A DNA stretch of 64,000 nucleotides from the NCBI GenBank assembly GCA_963773815.1, contig CAVZCI010000016.1, positions 13,569 through 77,568 on the forward strand, given 5' to 3'. Source of the DNA: an uncultured Acidobacteriota bacterium. GTDB taxonomy: Bacteria; Acidobacteriota; Thermoanaerobaculia; UBA5066; DATFVB01. The notes beneath the pieces are model-generated. The model was not told the origin of the DNA, made no database searches, and worked only from the letters and a program-made list of their open reading frames with translations. This document shows positions 45,652 to 55,988 of this stretch, one piece after another (position 1 is the first letter of the stretch; the number at the start of each line of letters is the position of its first letter). The position numbers were made by a program, and so were the translations under genes.

Positions 45652-46473
45652 GTGAAGACAAACAACGGAGCGCCGGTCGACTCGAGCTCCGGCTACTCCC
45701 CGGTCCGCAGCCCCGTCGACCGGCGCCGGTCGGCGCGATGGCGCAAACGATCCACCTCGCTGGTTCTCCTGGCGACCGGCGTGTTGCTCGGGTTGCTCGC
45801 TCCGCTCGGCTCATTCCTCCTTCGGATCGGGATCCACGGTGTTGGCATGCGGGACCTCGCCGACAATCAGTTCTTCTACCTCTACGAGCTGATCGGGTCG
45901 GCCGTCGTGTTCGGGCTCTTCGGTTTCGTCCTCGGAGTCCGGGTGGATCGCCTTCGCGGCCGCCGGGACTGGTATCGGGAAAAGGCCGATCACGACGACC
46001 TCACCGGGTTCCTCAGCCACACGGCGTTTCGCCGGGAGGTTGCGAGCGCCGTGGACTCCGCCCGCGAGGCGCGCGAGCCCCTCGCGATCCTGCTCGTCGC
46101 CGCCGGTCCCCTCCCGGGCACCGAGACCGACCGCGGCTCCCACTCGACGAAGGCCGTTCTCCTCCATGTCGCCGCTGCGGTGCGCCATGTCTGCCGGATC
46201 GAATACACCGTCGGCCGATGGGGAGGACTGGAGCTCGGGTTGCTGCTTCCCTCCTCGGACCCCTTCGAGGCCGAAGAACTCGCGAGAGACCTGAAGGCGC
46301 GAGTGCTCGACCGCCCGGTCTTCGATTCCGGCAACCGAACGTTCTGGCAGCTGACGGTCGGCGGCGTCGCGGGCGTCCCCGCGCTGCCCGGCGATCGCCT
46401 TCTCGCACGGGCGCAGGACGCGCTCGGCGAAGCCCATCGCTCCAAAGAGGGAACCGTCATCCTCAGCACGTAA
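45652..46473 (+). CDS. membrane-anchored degenerate GGDEF-domain protein
   Basis: Two TM helices are followed by DDLTGFLSHTAF...RWGGLELGLLLP...AQDALGEAHRSKEG. The GGDEF signature reads GGLEL, and the upstream D-x-D / GH..GD region is not conserved. Confidence 0.65.
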   Translation: MKTNNGAPVDSSSGYSPVRSPVDRRRSARWRKRSTSLVLLATGVLLGLLAPLGSFLLRIGIHGVGMRDLADNQFFYLYELIGSAVVFGLFGFVLGVRVDRLRGRRDWYREKADHDDLTGFLSHTAFRREVASAVDSAREAREPLAILLVAAGPLPGTETDRGSHSTKAVLLHVAAAVRHVCRIEYTVGRWGGLELGLLLPSSDPFEAEELARDLKARVLDRPVFDSGNRTFWQLTVGGVAGVPALPGDRLLARAQDALGEAHRSKEGTVILST

Positions 46474-46497
46474 GCCGCGCGGGTGCGTTCGGCCCGG

Positions 46498-47882
46498 CTA
46501 GTTCTTTTCCCGCGACTTCTTGCGCCGGATTTCGAGAAGCTTCTCGAGCCTTTCGAGAAGCTCCTTCTCCTCCCCCGCTCCCTTCGGCTCGTAGTAGCGC
46601 CGGCCGCGAAGCGACTCGGGGAGACAGTCGAGACCGGCGGTTCCCTCCGGCTCGTCGTGCGCGTAGCGGTACCCCTTGCCGTAGCCGACCTTCTTCATGA
46701 GCTTCGTGACGGCGTTGCGGATGACGGGCGGGACGGGTTCCTGGGGAAATTCCTCGATGTCGGAGCGCGCCTTCCCCTCCGCGACGTAGAGCGCGTTCGA
46801 TTTCGGAGCGAGCGCGCAGTACGCCGCCGCTTCGAGGATCGCGAGGATCCCCTCCGGGGGTCCGAGGAAGTCGAAAGCCTCCTTCGCGTCGAGCGCGACG
46901 CGCAGAGCCCGCGGGTCGGCCAGCCCGACGTCCTCGGACGCGAAACGCACGATCCGCCGGACGAGGTAAAGCGGCTCTTCGCCGGCATCGAGCATCCGGA
47001 GCGTCCAGTAGATCGAAGCATCCACGTCGGAATCGCGCATCGACTTGTGGAGAGCCGAGATCAGGTTGAAATGTTCCTCGCCGGACTTGTCGTAGAGCAG
47101 GATCTTCTTGCGCGAGATCTCGCGCAGGCGCTCGATGCCGATCTCGGCCGGAGTTCGGGCCTCAACCCCGTTCCCGACGCCGCGTCGGAAACCGCCGCCT
47201 CGACGAGGTTCAGCGCCCGGCGGGCGTCTCCGCCGGCGAACTGCGCCGCGAACGAGACGGCGTCGTCCGAGAACATGACGCCCGACCGCCCGAGGCCGCG
47301 CTCCGAGTCCTGCAGCGCCCTTCGAATGATGCGTGCGATCGCTTCCGTCGAGAGGGGGTCGAACACGATCGTTTCCGACCGCGACAGGAGCGCGCCGTTG
47401 AGCTCGAAGGAGGGATTCTCGGTCGTCGCCCCGACCAGCACGATCTCCCCCGACTCGATGTAGGGAAGAAACACGTCCTGCTGCGCGCGATTGAACCGGT
47501 GGATCTCGTCGAGGAACAGGATCGTGCGCTGGCCGGTTTTCCGAAGCAGAGTCCGCGCGCCTTCGAGGATTTCCCGCATCTCCTTCACGCCGCTCGCGAC
47601 CGCTGAAGCGGCGAGGAACCTCGCCTTCGTCCGGGCCGCGATCAGCCGCGCGACCGTCGTCTTGCCGACGCCGGGAGGGCCCCAGAAAATCATCGAGGGC
47701 ACCCGGTCCTCCTCGATCGCCCGCCGCAGGAAGCTGTCCGGGCCGAGGAGAGCCGGCGCCCCTTCCACTTCGTCGAGCGTAGCGGGGCGCATGCGGTCGG
47801 CGAGCGGCCCGGACGCCGCGGGCTTCTCCCTTGAGGGTGCCTCGAAGTCGTCGCCGAAGAGCGAGTCAGACATCCCAAACAC
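46498..47882 (-). CDS. rarA: replication-associated recombination protein A (RarA/MgsA); apparent frame break near 47175
   Basis: The AAA+ N-terminus has GPPGVGKTT and LFLDEIHRFN. The MgsA C-terminal part (YDKSGEEHFNLISALHKSMRDSD...YLVRRIVRFASEDVG) lies in a second frame. Confidence 0.88.
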
Positions 47883-48213
47883 GATAGCACCGAGGGGACT
47901 CGCTCGGCCCCGCCTCGCGGCTCGACCAGCGCCGGCCCGACAAGCGGGTCCTGTCGCGGGACTCGCTCCTCTTTTCCGCTCGCCGCGAACCTGAGGACTT
48001 TGCTACGCCCGCGTCGCGAGCGGCAAAAGGGAGTCTCGCCCCGCGCCACCCGCTCTCCTTTGCCGGCGCGTTGGCCCCGGCCGCTCGCGGGCCTTCGCTC
48101 GGGGATTGGGCCCTAACCCACGAGCGAAACCGACGGGGCGGCCCGGGCTCGACGCGGGTCACAGGCGCCGAGTTTCGATTCCGAGCGAACGATAGTCGCC
48201 GGAGTATTCAGCC

Positions 48214-48804
48214 CTAGGACTTCGCGGCGCGCAACTGCGAGATCTGGACCTGCAGGTCCGAGAGACGCGGCAGTTCGGGATGCTCTTTCTTCAGGCGGTC
48301 GAACGCTGTCTGGGCCTTCTGGGCGTCTTTCAAGTCGAACGCGTAGACGAGCGTCATGTTGAGGAGCGATTGGGCGTGGGTCGGGGCGACCTTCTGAGCG
48401 CGCTCGTACATGTCGAGCGCCTTCTTGAACTCGCCGAGGTTCCGGTAGCTCGAGCCGAGATCGGTCAGCACGTTCGGATCCGTTCCGTGCGTGGAGAGGG
48501 ACTTTTCATAGGCCTGCGTCGCCGAGCTCCAGTCCGCCATGTCGTAGTACGTGTTCGCAAGCTGCAGCTCCAGGTCCGCGTTCTGCGGGTCGCGCACGAG
48601 CGCGTTCTGCAGGTCCTTGACCTTCGCGAGAAGCTCGGGAGAAGAGGAGACCGCCGGCCCTCCGCCGCCCGCCGCCGCGGCCGCGCTCGACGACGCCGAC
48701 GAAGCGGCCCCGGCCGGAGCGTGTCCGCCGGAACCCACGAAATAACCGACGATGAACCCCGCGAGGAGCCCGCACACCGTGAAGAGAACGTTGTCCCGAT
48801 TCAT
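48214..48804 (-). CDS. membrane-anchored TPR protein
   Basis: Starts MNRDNVLFTVCGLLAGFIVGYFVG (TM segment), then an Ala/Ser/Gly linker, then TPR-like repeats (...ANTYYDMADWSSATQAYEKSL...). The ATG overlaps the upstream stop as ATGA. Confidence 0.7.
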   Translation of the reverse strand: MNRDNVLFTVCGLLAGFIVGYFVGSGGHAPAGAASSASSSAAAAAGGGGPAVSSSPELLAKVKDLQNALVRDPQNADLELQLANTYYDMADWSSATQAYEKSLSTHGTDPNVLTDLGSSYRNLGEFKKALDMYERAQKVAPTHAQSLLNMTLVYAFDLKDAQKAQTAFDRLKKEHPELPRLSDLQVQISQLRAAKS

Positions 48805-49515
48805 TTCTCCTCCTGATCCGACGGCTGTTTTCGGGCGCTCCACGTCCCCGAGGAGGGCGCGCCGCCCGACACATCCATCGACTCCCAGGTCCCGGTCAGC
48901 GACGAGCCGTCCTGGGAGAGTCTTCCGTAGTAAACGGCGTTGAGACCCAGCCGGGAGTCGACGCGGTCGAGCTTCAGCCGATCCGAGACGAGCGTTCCGC
49001 GCACGGACCCGTTGAAGCCGCCTTCCAGCGTGTAATTCCCCGAGACGAGAGTGCCGTCGAGCGACAGGTGAAGGTCGCCTTCCTGTTCGCCGGGATCGAT
49101 TCGCATCTTCCAGTTGCCCGAAAGCAGGTCCTCCCGGCGTCCCCGTCCGCCGGAATCCTTCTCGAGCCCCGCGATCCGTTCGCGGACGTCGGCGATCCGG
49201 CCGAGGCAGAGACGCTGATCCAGGACGAGCGACCTCGACGGCGGACGCCGCGCGCGCAAGCGCATCTGCCGATTCGCCCCAGGCTCCGTCGGGCCGCGAC
49301 GCGGCATCGGACGCCGCCCGCGACGTAGACGAAAGCTCCGCGAGGGCAGCGTCGAGCTTGTGCGTTGCTTCGTTGAACCGACGGTTCTCGGTCGCAAGTT
49401 GCCGCCGCTCGAGCGCGAGAATCGAGCGGACCGCTTCCGAGCGGGCGTCGCCAAAAAGAAATGCCGCCATCGAAATGGCGGCAATCGCGATCAGGAACTT
49501 GCCGGGCCTTGCCAT
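48801..49515 (-). CDS. membrane-anchored hypothetical protein with a beta-rich C-terminal domain; apparent frame break near 49230
   Basis: The N-terminus is MARPGKFLIAIAAISMAAFLF followed by a coiled coil. The C-terminus, ...NWKMRIDPGEQEGDLHLSLDGTLVSGNYTLEGGFNGSVRGTL..., is in another frame. Confidence 0.5.
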
Positions 49516-49526
49516 GAGGCAGGTCG

Positions 49527-50033
49527 TCAGTTCGACGCGGACTTTTGCATCGACCGGGCGAGGGCCCGATCCACCCGGCGCGTGACTTCTTCCTCGCTCG
49601 ACCCGTCGATCACCGCGATCTCGGAAACGATGAGGTATTTCGCGCGCTCGTACATCTTCTTCTCGCGGAACGAAAGGGCCTTCTTCTGCATCACGTGGTT
49701 CAAGGCCTTCAGCACCTCGGCGATGTCCTGCAGCCGTCCGCTCTTCATCTTGTCCAGGTTCTGCTTGTACCTTCCCTTCCAATCGGCCAGCGGAGAAACC
49801 CGCCCGTTGGCCAGGGTCCGCAGCAGAGAATTGACTTCCTTTCGGATCGTGAGGCGACGGAGCCCGATCAGGTCGCTATTTTCGATCGGGACCATCACCT
49901 TGGAATTGTTGGAAATCAGTCTCAGGTGAAGATAAGTGTTTCGCAGGCCGGCGATTTCCGATTCGCGGATCTGCTCCACGATCGAAACCCCGTGGTTGGG
50001 ATAGACAATCTTCTCACCAACTCGAAATCCCAA
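49527..50033 (-). CDS. carD: CarD/CdnL family RNA polymerase-binding transcription factor
   Basis: Contains FRVGEKIVYPNHGVSIVEQI... The TTG start is preceded by GAAGGAGG. The upstream part of the 277-aa track ORF is not coding. Confidence 0.85.
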   Translation of the reverse strand: MGFRVGEKIVYPNHGVSIVEQIRESEIAGLRNTYLHLRLISNNSKVMVPIENSDLIGLRRLTIRKEVNSLLRTLANGRVSPLADWKGRYKQNLDKMKSGRLQDIAEVLKALNHVMQKKALSFREKKMYERAKYLIVSEIAVIDGSSEEEVTRRVDRALARSMQKSASN

Positions 50034-50058
50034 ATCAGCCTCCTTCGTCGAGCCCCCA

Positions 50059-50087
50059 ATTCTACCCGAACGGGTCGGCCGCGTCAA
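50059..50087 (-). promoter_or_regulatory. sigma70-type promoter for carD
   Basis: On the minus strand: TTGACG, a 17-nt spacer, then TAGAAT. The -10 element lies about 26 nt upstream of the TTG start. Confidence 0.55.
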
Positions 50088-50109
50088 ATCGGCATGGGTG
50101 GTCTTGTTC

Positions 50110-50138
50110 TTGACTGTCCCGGCAGGCGATTCGATAAT
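50110..50138 (+). promoter_or_regulatory. sigma70-type promoter for tRNA-Leu
   Basis: TTGACT (50110-50115), a 17-nt spacer, then GATAAT (50133-50138). It ends 8 nt before the mature tRNA 5' end. Confidence 0.6.
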
Positions 50139-50146
50139 CGCGGCGC

Positions 50147-50233
50147 GCCGGAGTGGTGAAATTGGTAGACGCACGGGACTCAAAATCCCGCGGGGGCAAC
50201 TCCATGTCGGTTCGATTCCGACCTCCGGCACCA
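50147..50233 (+). tRNA. tRNA-Leu (anticodon CAA), CCA encoded
   Basis: GCCGGAG/CTCCGGC acceptor stem, CGGGA-CUCAAAA-UCCCG anticodon arm, long variable arm, GTCGG-TTCGATT-CCGAC T arm. It resembles E. coli tRNA-Leu. Confidence 0.9.
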
Positions 50234-50334
50234 AATGCTTCCTCGGGCCGTTCCACCGCGCATCTGCACAAAATACGGAGGAAAACCCCGGACGTTTACA
50301 GCAGGGCGCCCGGAATATCAGCGCCACGGCTTTG

Positions 50335-50949
50335 TCATCCAGAGAGATCGCCGGGCGCACAGGCGCTTCGATTTCGCGCCAGGCGGGCGTGCCACGAGAC
50401 CTCCGGGATCACCTCGTCGACGACGCCGAGCCGAAGGGCCGAGGCTGCGTCGAAGACTTCGCCCTCCGCGAAAGAGCCGCCGCGCCGCCGCGGCGCCGAG
50501 CAGAAGGGGCGCGAGAACCGTTCCTCCCCAGCCCGTGATGAATCCGAGGCGGGGGCCGGGATGGCAGAAGGTTGCGCGAGCGGAGCGAGACGAATGTCGC
50601 AGCCCATCGCGAGATCGAGCGCCCCGCCGAAACACGCGCCGTCGATCTCGGCGACGATCGCCGCCGGAATCCTCGCGAGGGAAAAGATCGCCTCCTGTCC
50701 CCGGCGGGCATAGGAGTGGGCCTCCGGACCGCTCAACTCGCGGATCCGGGTCAGATCGGCTCCCGCCGCGAAGAGCCCTTCGCGGAGCGATTCGACCGTG
50801 ATCAGAGCGCTTCCCCGCCCGCTCTCGGCCGCCGCGCCGGCGGCAAGCTCCTCGAGAAGCCCGGGCGAAAGAGTCTGCCGTCCGTCGTCGGAATCGAGCC
50901 GAAAGCGGGAGACCGGGCCGTCCCGCTCGATTCTCCAGAAGGCCGTCAC
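50335..50949 (-). CDS. enoyl-CoA hydratase/isomerase (crotonase) family protein; two compensating frame breaks (~50580, ~50475)
   Basis: The crotonase core is ...FAAGADL...AIVAEIDGACFGGALDLAMGCDIRLA. The expected ...ATFCHPGPRLGFITGWGGT... segment appears only in the frame of ORF 50318..50635. Confidence 0.65.
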   Translation of the reverse strand: MTAFWRIERDGPVSRFRLDSDDGRQTLSPGLLEELAAGAAAESGRGSALITVESLREGLFAAGADLTRIRELSGPEAHSYARRGQEAIFSLARIPAAIVAEIDGACFGGALDLAMGCDIRLAPLAQPSAIPAPASDSSRAGEERFSRPFCSAPRRRGGSFAEGEVFDAASALRLGVVDEVIPEVSWHARLARNRSACAPGDLSG

Positions 50950-50959
50950 GCCCTCGGTC

Positions 50960-51367
50960 TCACGCCTTCTGTCTTTGTCCGATTTCCTGCTGAATGAAGG
51001 AGACGATGTCGCGGGTGGACGATCCGGGGAGAAAGATCTTTCGGATTCCGAGCTTCAGAAGGGATTCGGTGTCTTTCTCGGGGATGATCCCGCCGACGAA
51101 AACGGGGATGTCCGCGCCTCCGCGCCTTTTGAGCTCTTCGAGCGTCTCGGGAACGAGCACGTTGTGCGCCCCCGACAGAATCGAGATCCCGACGCAATCG
51201 ACGTCTTCCTGCACGGCGGCCGCCGCGATCTGCGCGGGGGTCTGGCGCAGGCCCGTGTAGATGACTTCCATCCCCGCATCCCGCAGAGCGCGCGCAACGA
51301 CCTTCGCGCCCCGGTCGTGGCCGTCCAGGCCGGGCTTCGCGACGAGGACTCTCAGCGGATGATCCAT
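50960..51367 (-). CDS. cobalamin-binding small subunit of a methylmalonyl-CoA mutase-family enzyme
   Basis: Contains [34 protein letters not shown] (DxHxxG B12 motif). 135 aa. Confidence 0.85.
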   Translation of the reverse strand: MDHPLRVLVAKPGLDGHDRGAKVVARALRDAGMEVIYTGLRQTPAQIAAAAVQEDVDCVGISILSGAHNVLVPETLEELKRRGGADIPVFVGGIIPEKDTESLLKLGIRKIFLPGSSTRDIVSFIQQEIGQRQKA

Positions 51368-51424
51368 CAGGTGCGGGGAATTCTAACAGATCCGTTCCCG
51401 GTCACCCTCGCGTAAGATTCTTCC

Positions 51425-52433
51425 GTGCCAGGCCCCCTGTCTCCCGACCAGGCCGTCCGCGGAGCGTTTCGGTCCGGGCTCCTGCCGAACGCGTCACGCC
51501 TGTTGCTCGCCGTCTCGGGGGGCGCCGATTCGATGGCTCTCGTCGGCGGCGTTTCGGGAGGTCGCCCCGGAATTCTCGGTCGACTTCGCGGCGGCCCACG
51601 TCGACCACGGGTGGCGCGGCGAGGAAGGACGGGCCCACGCCGATTTCGTCGGCCGCTTCTGCCGGAGACGGGGCATTCCGTTCCACCTGGCCGCGGGACG
51701 GGTCGACTCGAAAGGCCGGTCGCGCGAGGAGGCGGCCCGGGACTTTCGATACGGCCGCCTCCGCTCGATCGCTCGCGAGATCGGCGCCGCCGGCATCGTA
51801 ACGGCGCACACCCTGGACGACTCCGCGGAAACGCTGCTGCTCGCGCTGCTGCGCGGAAAACCGCTCGGCGGCCTGGCGGGGATCCGCGAACGGCGCGAGG
51901 ATTCCGTCCTTCGCCCGTTTCTCGGAGTGTCGCGCGAGAGCGTCCTTCGGTTCCTCCGCTCGCGGGGCGTCGCGTACCGCTCCGACTCCTCGAACCGGGA
52001 CATCTCGCTCGACCGGAACTGGATCCGGCGGAAGGTGCTGCCCCTGCTCGTCCGGCGGTTCGGGCACTCGGTCGGCGCGAACCTCGCGGCGTCGGCCGAA
52101 GCCCTCTCGCGAGACCGCGAATGGATCGAGGAGATCTTCCGGCGCGAGACGGAGTCCGAGGTCGAGCTCTCCCCCGGCGCCGCCAGCGTGCGCCTCTCCG
52201 CGCTCGCCGGGCTCCCTCCCGCGGGGGTTCGCCGCCTCCTGCTCGTCATGGCCCGGGCGGCGGGCGGAGACCGGTTCGCCCCGACCCGGCGCGAGCTGCT
52301 CGCGATCGAGCGGCTCGCGGGCGGCGGCGAAGACTTCCGCTTCCAGGCGGGTCGGAGAGTGGACTTCGTCGCCCGCCGCGGCCGCCTGCGCGCGATCGCG
52401 GCGCCGCGAAACGCGACCTCGAAAACGAGGTAG
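51425..52433 (+). CDS. tilS: tRNA(Ile)-lysidine synthase; apparent frame break near 51540
   Basis: The PP-loop LLLAVSGGADSMAL is in frame 2. The continuation FSVDFAAAHVDHGWRG...TAHTLDDSAETLLL...SNRD...RNWIR is in frame 3. Confidence 0.85.
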
Positions 52434-52451
52434 AATTCCGCCGGCCAGAGC

Positions 52452-52991
52452 ATGCAGCCCGAGTTGACCCTGAAATACACCGCCGAGGAGATCGAGTCCC
52501 GCGTTGCGGACGTGGCCGCGCGCATCGGAAGGGACTACCAGAACCGGCCCCTCGTGATCGTGTCGCTCCTGAAGGGATCGGCGTTCTTTCTGGCCGATCT
52601 GAGCCGGAAGATCGAATCGCCGCACGGCTACGAGTTCATCAACGTGACCCGCCGCGAGTCCGGGGGCAGCGAGTCGATCGAGATCGACTTTTCGACGCCG
52701 CTCTCGATCGCCGGCAAAGACGTCGTCGTTCTCAAGGACGTCGTCAACACCGGCATCATCGAGGCGTACCTGATGAACCAGCTGCGAACGGACGGGCCGG
52801 CCTCGATCCGCTTCGCCGCGATCGTCGACAAACCCAACGAGAGGCGAACCTCCGTCCTCGTGGACTACGCCCTCTTCACCTCCCAGGACGCCGACCTGCT
52901 CGTCGGCTACGGCATGGAGCAGGGGGGCCGGTTCGGGTACCTTCCGCACATTGCGTCGATCCCGGCTCCCGGCGGCCAGAACGGGCAATAA
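52452..52991 (+). CDS. hpt: hypoxanthine phosphoribosyltransferase
   Basis: Contains VSLLKGSAFFLADL and the PRPP motif VVVLKDVVNTG. It holds the conserved position between tilS and ftsH. Confidence 0.85.
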   Translation: MQPELTLKYTAEEIESRVADVAARIGRDYQNRPLVIVSLLKGSAFFLADLSRKIESPHGYEFINVTRRESGGSESIEIDFSTPLSIAGKDVVVLKDVVNTGIIEAYLMNQLRTDGPASIRFAAIVDKPNERRTSVLVDYALFTSQDADLLVGYGMEQGGRFGYLPHIASIPAPGGQNGQ

Positions 52992-53051
52992 ATCCGGCCC
53001 CGGTTCCGTTATGCTTGGGGCGGGCATCGGCCCCGGCAAGGAGAGATCGCT

Positions 53052-54970
53052 TTGAATTCGATGGTCAAGAACTTCCTCCTGTGGATGGTGATCCTCGTCG
53101 TGATCATCCTCGCCTGGAACGTGTTCCGCGGCGGCGCGCCCGGCACGAGAGAGCTCACGTTCTCCGATTTCCTCGATTCCGTCCATGCCGAGAAGGTGGA
53201 CGAGGTGACGATCCGCGGCAACGAGATCCACGGCATGCTCAAGGCCGCGGGCGCCGTGCGCCCGGCCGAATTCAAGACGTATGCCCCGAGCTACCCGGAC
53301 CTCGTCAAGGAACTGCGGCAGGCCAACGTTCGAATCAAGGCCGACGAGCCGAAGGATTCGACTTTGACGGCCATGCTCCTCTCCTGGGCGCCGCTGATCG
53401 TCCTGATCGTGATCTGGGTCGTGATCATGCGCCAGATGCAGATGGGCGGAAACAAGGCGCTCTCCTTCGGCAAGTCGCGCGCGAAACTGCTGACGCCGAA
53501 CCAGAAGAAGGTGACGTTCAAAGACGTCGCCGGGTGCGACGAGGCGAAGGTCGAGTTGCAGGAGATCATCGAATTCCTGAAGGATCCGGGCAAGTTTCAG
53601 AAGCTCGGCGGCAAGATCCCGAAGGGCGTCCTCCTCATGGGCTCTCCCGGCACGGGCAAGACCCTGCTCGCGAAAGCGATCGCGGGCGAAGCGAACGTCC
53701 CGTTCTTCTCGATTTCGGGATCCGACTTCGTCGAGATGTTCGTGGGTGTCGGCGCCTCGCGCGTCCGGGACCTCTTCGAGCAGGGAAAGAAGAACGCGCC
53801 CTGCATCATCTTCATCGACGAGATCGACGCGGTCGGCCGCCATCGCGGCGCCGGCCTCGGCGGAGGGCACGACGAGCGCGAGCAGACGTTGAACGCGCTG
53901 CTCGTCGAGCTGGACGGCTTCGAGACGAACGAGGGCGTCATCATGATCGCGGCGACGAACCGTCCGGACGTGCTCGACCCGGCGCTCCTGCGGCCGGGAC
54001 GCTTCGACCGGCGCGTCGTCGTCGACCGCCCGGACCTCAAGGGACGGGAAGCGATTCTGAAGGTCCACACGCGGCCGATTCCGCTCTCCGAAAATGTCGA
54101 GCTCGCCGTGATCGCGCGCGGAACGCCTGGATTCTCGGGCGCCGACCTCGCGAACCTCGTCAACGAGGCCGCGCTGATGGCCGCGCGCTTCGACAAGAAA
54201 AAAGTCGAGATGACCGATTTCGAGTTCGCGAAGGACAAGGTGCTGATGGGTCCGGAGCGAAAGACCATGATCATGAGCGACGAGGAAAAGCGGAACACCG
54301 CCTACCACGAGGGCGGCCACGCCCTCATCGCCGCGATGCTCCCCGACGCCGACCCGCTCCACAAGGTCACGATCATCCCCCGGGGTCGAGCGCTCGGCCT
54401 GACGATGCAGCTTCCGACCGAGGACAAGTACTCCTACACGAAGGAATACCTCGAGGCGACGATCACGGTCATGATGGGCGGGCGAATCGCCGAAGAGCTC
54501 TTCATCGGGCGGATGACCACCGGCGCCGGAAACGACTTCGAGAAGGCGACCGAGATGGCCCACAAGATGGTGTGCGAGTGGGGAATGAGCGAGCTGGGGC
54601 CGCTCACCTACGGAAAGCCCGACCAGGAGATTTTCCTCGGCCGCGACCTCGGGCGGCGAGCCGATTATTCGGAAGCGACGGCGATCCAGATCGACACCGA
54701 AGTGAAGAAGATCGTCACGTCCGCCTACGAACGCGGCCGCCGGCTGATCGACGAAAACCAGAAGGCGATGCACCGGATCGCCCGCGCGCTGCTCGAAAAG
54801 GAAGTCCTGGACGGCGAGCAGATCCTCGCGATCATCGCGGAAGAGTCCGGCGTCGACATCTCGAAGATTGCGCAAATCCGCGCCCGCCGAAGCCGCCGCT
54901 CGTGCCTCCGCCGAACGCGGTCGCGACGACCGGGGATGCGCCGGGCGGATTGGTACCAGAGCCGGCGTAG
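53052..54970 (+). CDS. ftsH: ATP-dependent zinc metalloprotease FtsH; probable frame break near 54880 in the C-terminal tail
   Basis: Two TM helices, Walker [13 protein letters not shown], and the HEGGH zinc motif. Past 54880 the track frame turns Arg-rich and runs into a repeat, while the neighbouring frame gives a Pro-rich tail ending at 54970. Confidence 0.93.
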
Positions 54971-55029
54971 CAGTATGCCCCTCTGGGCCGGCCTCGAGCT
55001 CGACTGCCCCAGCCTCTCGCCGCTCGGCC

Positions 55030-55053
55030 CCCTGCGACGTATGATTCAGTACG
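55030..55053. repeat. hairpin motif CCCTGCGACGTATGATTCAGTACG
   Basis: Related to 40941-40965, sharing the CCCTGCGACGTA...TTCAGTACG core. It lies between ftsH and folP. Confidence 0.45.
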
Positions 55054-55123
55054 GAGAGGGCTGTCGGTGAGGACCTGAGGAGAGGCTCGCCCGCACGATT
55101 CACCGCTGAGATAACCTCGCCTC

Positions 55124-55988
55124 GTGGACTGGCCTTCCCTGCTCGCGGACCGCCCCCTCCCCCTCGTCATGGGGATCGTGAACGTCACGCCCGACTCGTT
55201 TTCCGACGGCGGGTTGTTTTTCTCGCCCGGGGGCCGCGGTCGAGCACGGGCTGCGGCTCGCCGGCGAGGGCGCCGACATCCTCGACATCGGCGGCGAGTC
55301 GACGCGCCCGCTCCGCTACGGCGCCGCCGAGGAGGTCCCGGTCGCGGAGGAGCTCCGCCGCGTCCTCCCCGTCGTCGAGAAGCTCGCCGGCCGCGTCGGG
55401 ATTCCAATCTCGGTCGACACGCGCAAAGCCGCGGTCGCCCGCGCCGCTCTCTCCGCCGGAGCCTCGATCGTCAACGACGTCACGGCGCTCCGACACGATC
55501 CGGAAATGGCGGAGGCCGCCGCGTCGGCGAACGCGTGCGTCATCCTGATGCACATGCGGGGGACCGACCCGGCGACCATGCAATCGGACCTCGTTTACGC
55601 CGACCTGATCGGAGAGGTGCGGGAGTTCCTCGCGGATTGCGCCGCTGCGGCCGTCCGGAGCGGAATCGCGCCCCGGCGGATCGCGCTCGATCCGGGGCTC
55701 GGCTTCAGCAAAAGCGCGGCGCAGAGCGCGGCGCTGCTTCGGGAGGTCCAGTCGATCCGCAGCCTCGGCTATCCCGTCGTCATCGGGGCCTCGAGGAAGA
55801 ATTTCGCGAGAACCCTCTCGGGAGCGCCGGAAGAGGGGTCTTCTGCGACCCGACTGCCGGGCTCGCTCGCGTGCGCCGGTTTCGCCGCCCGTCAGGGCGC
55901 GGCGATCGTGCGCGTCCACGACGTCGCCGAGACCGTCGCGTACCTGAAAATGTCCCGGGCGATCGAGAACGTTACAATGGGGCGATGA
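55124..55988 (+). CDS. folP: dihydropteroate synthase; apparent frame break near 55230 (C3G5 run)
   Basis: VMGIVNVTPDSFSDGG is in frame 2. GADILDIGGESTRP...SVDT...NDV...DPGLGF.K is in frame 3. Confidence 0.88.

Noticed and set aside
50221-50240. GGCACC-N-GCTT near the tRNA-Leu 3' end as a sigma54 -24/-12 promoter
   Set aside because: The GG-to-GC spacing is 2 nt too short, and the sequence is simply the tRNA acceptor/CCA end.
51402-55103. 1233-aa minus-strand ORF and 1181-aa plus-strand ORF (51425..54970) spanning tilS-hpt-ftsH
   Set aside because: Both are shadow ORFs with Arg-rich nonsense translations. Only the first ~40 codons (tilS) and last ~30 codons (likely ftsH tail) of 51425..54970 look real.
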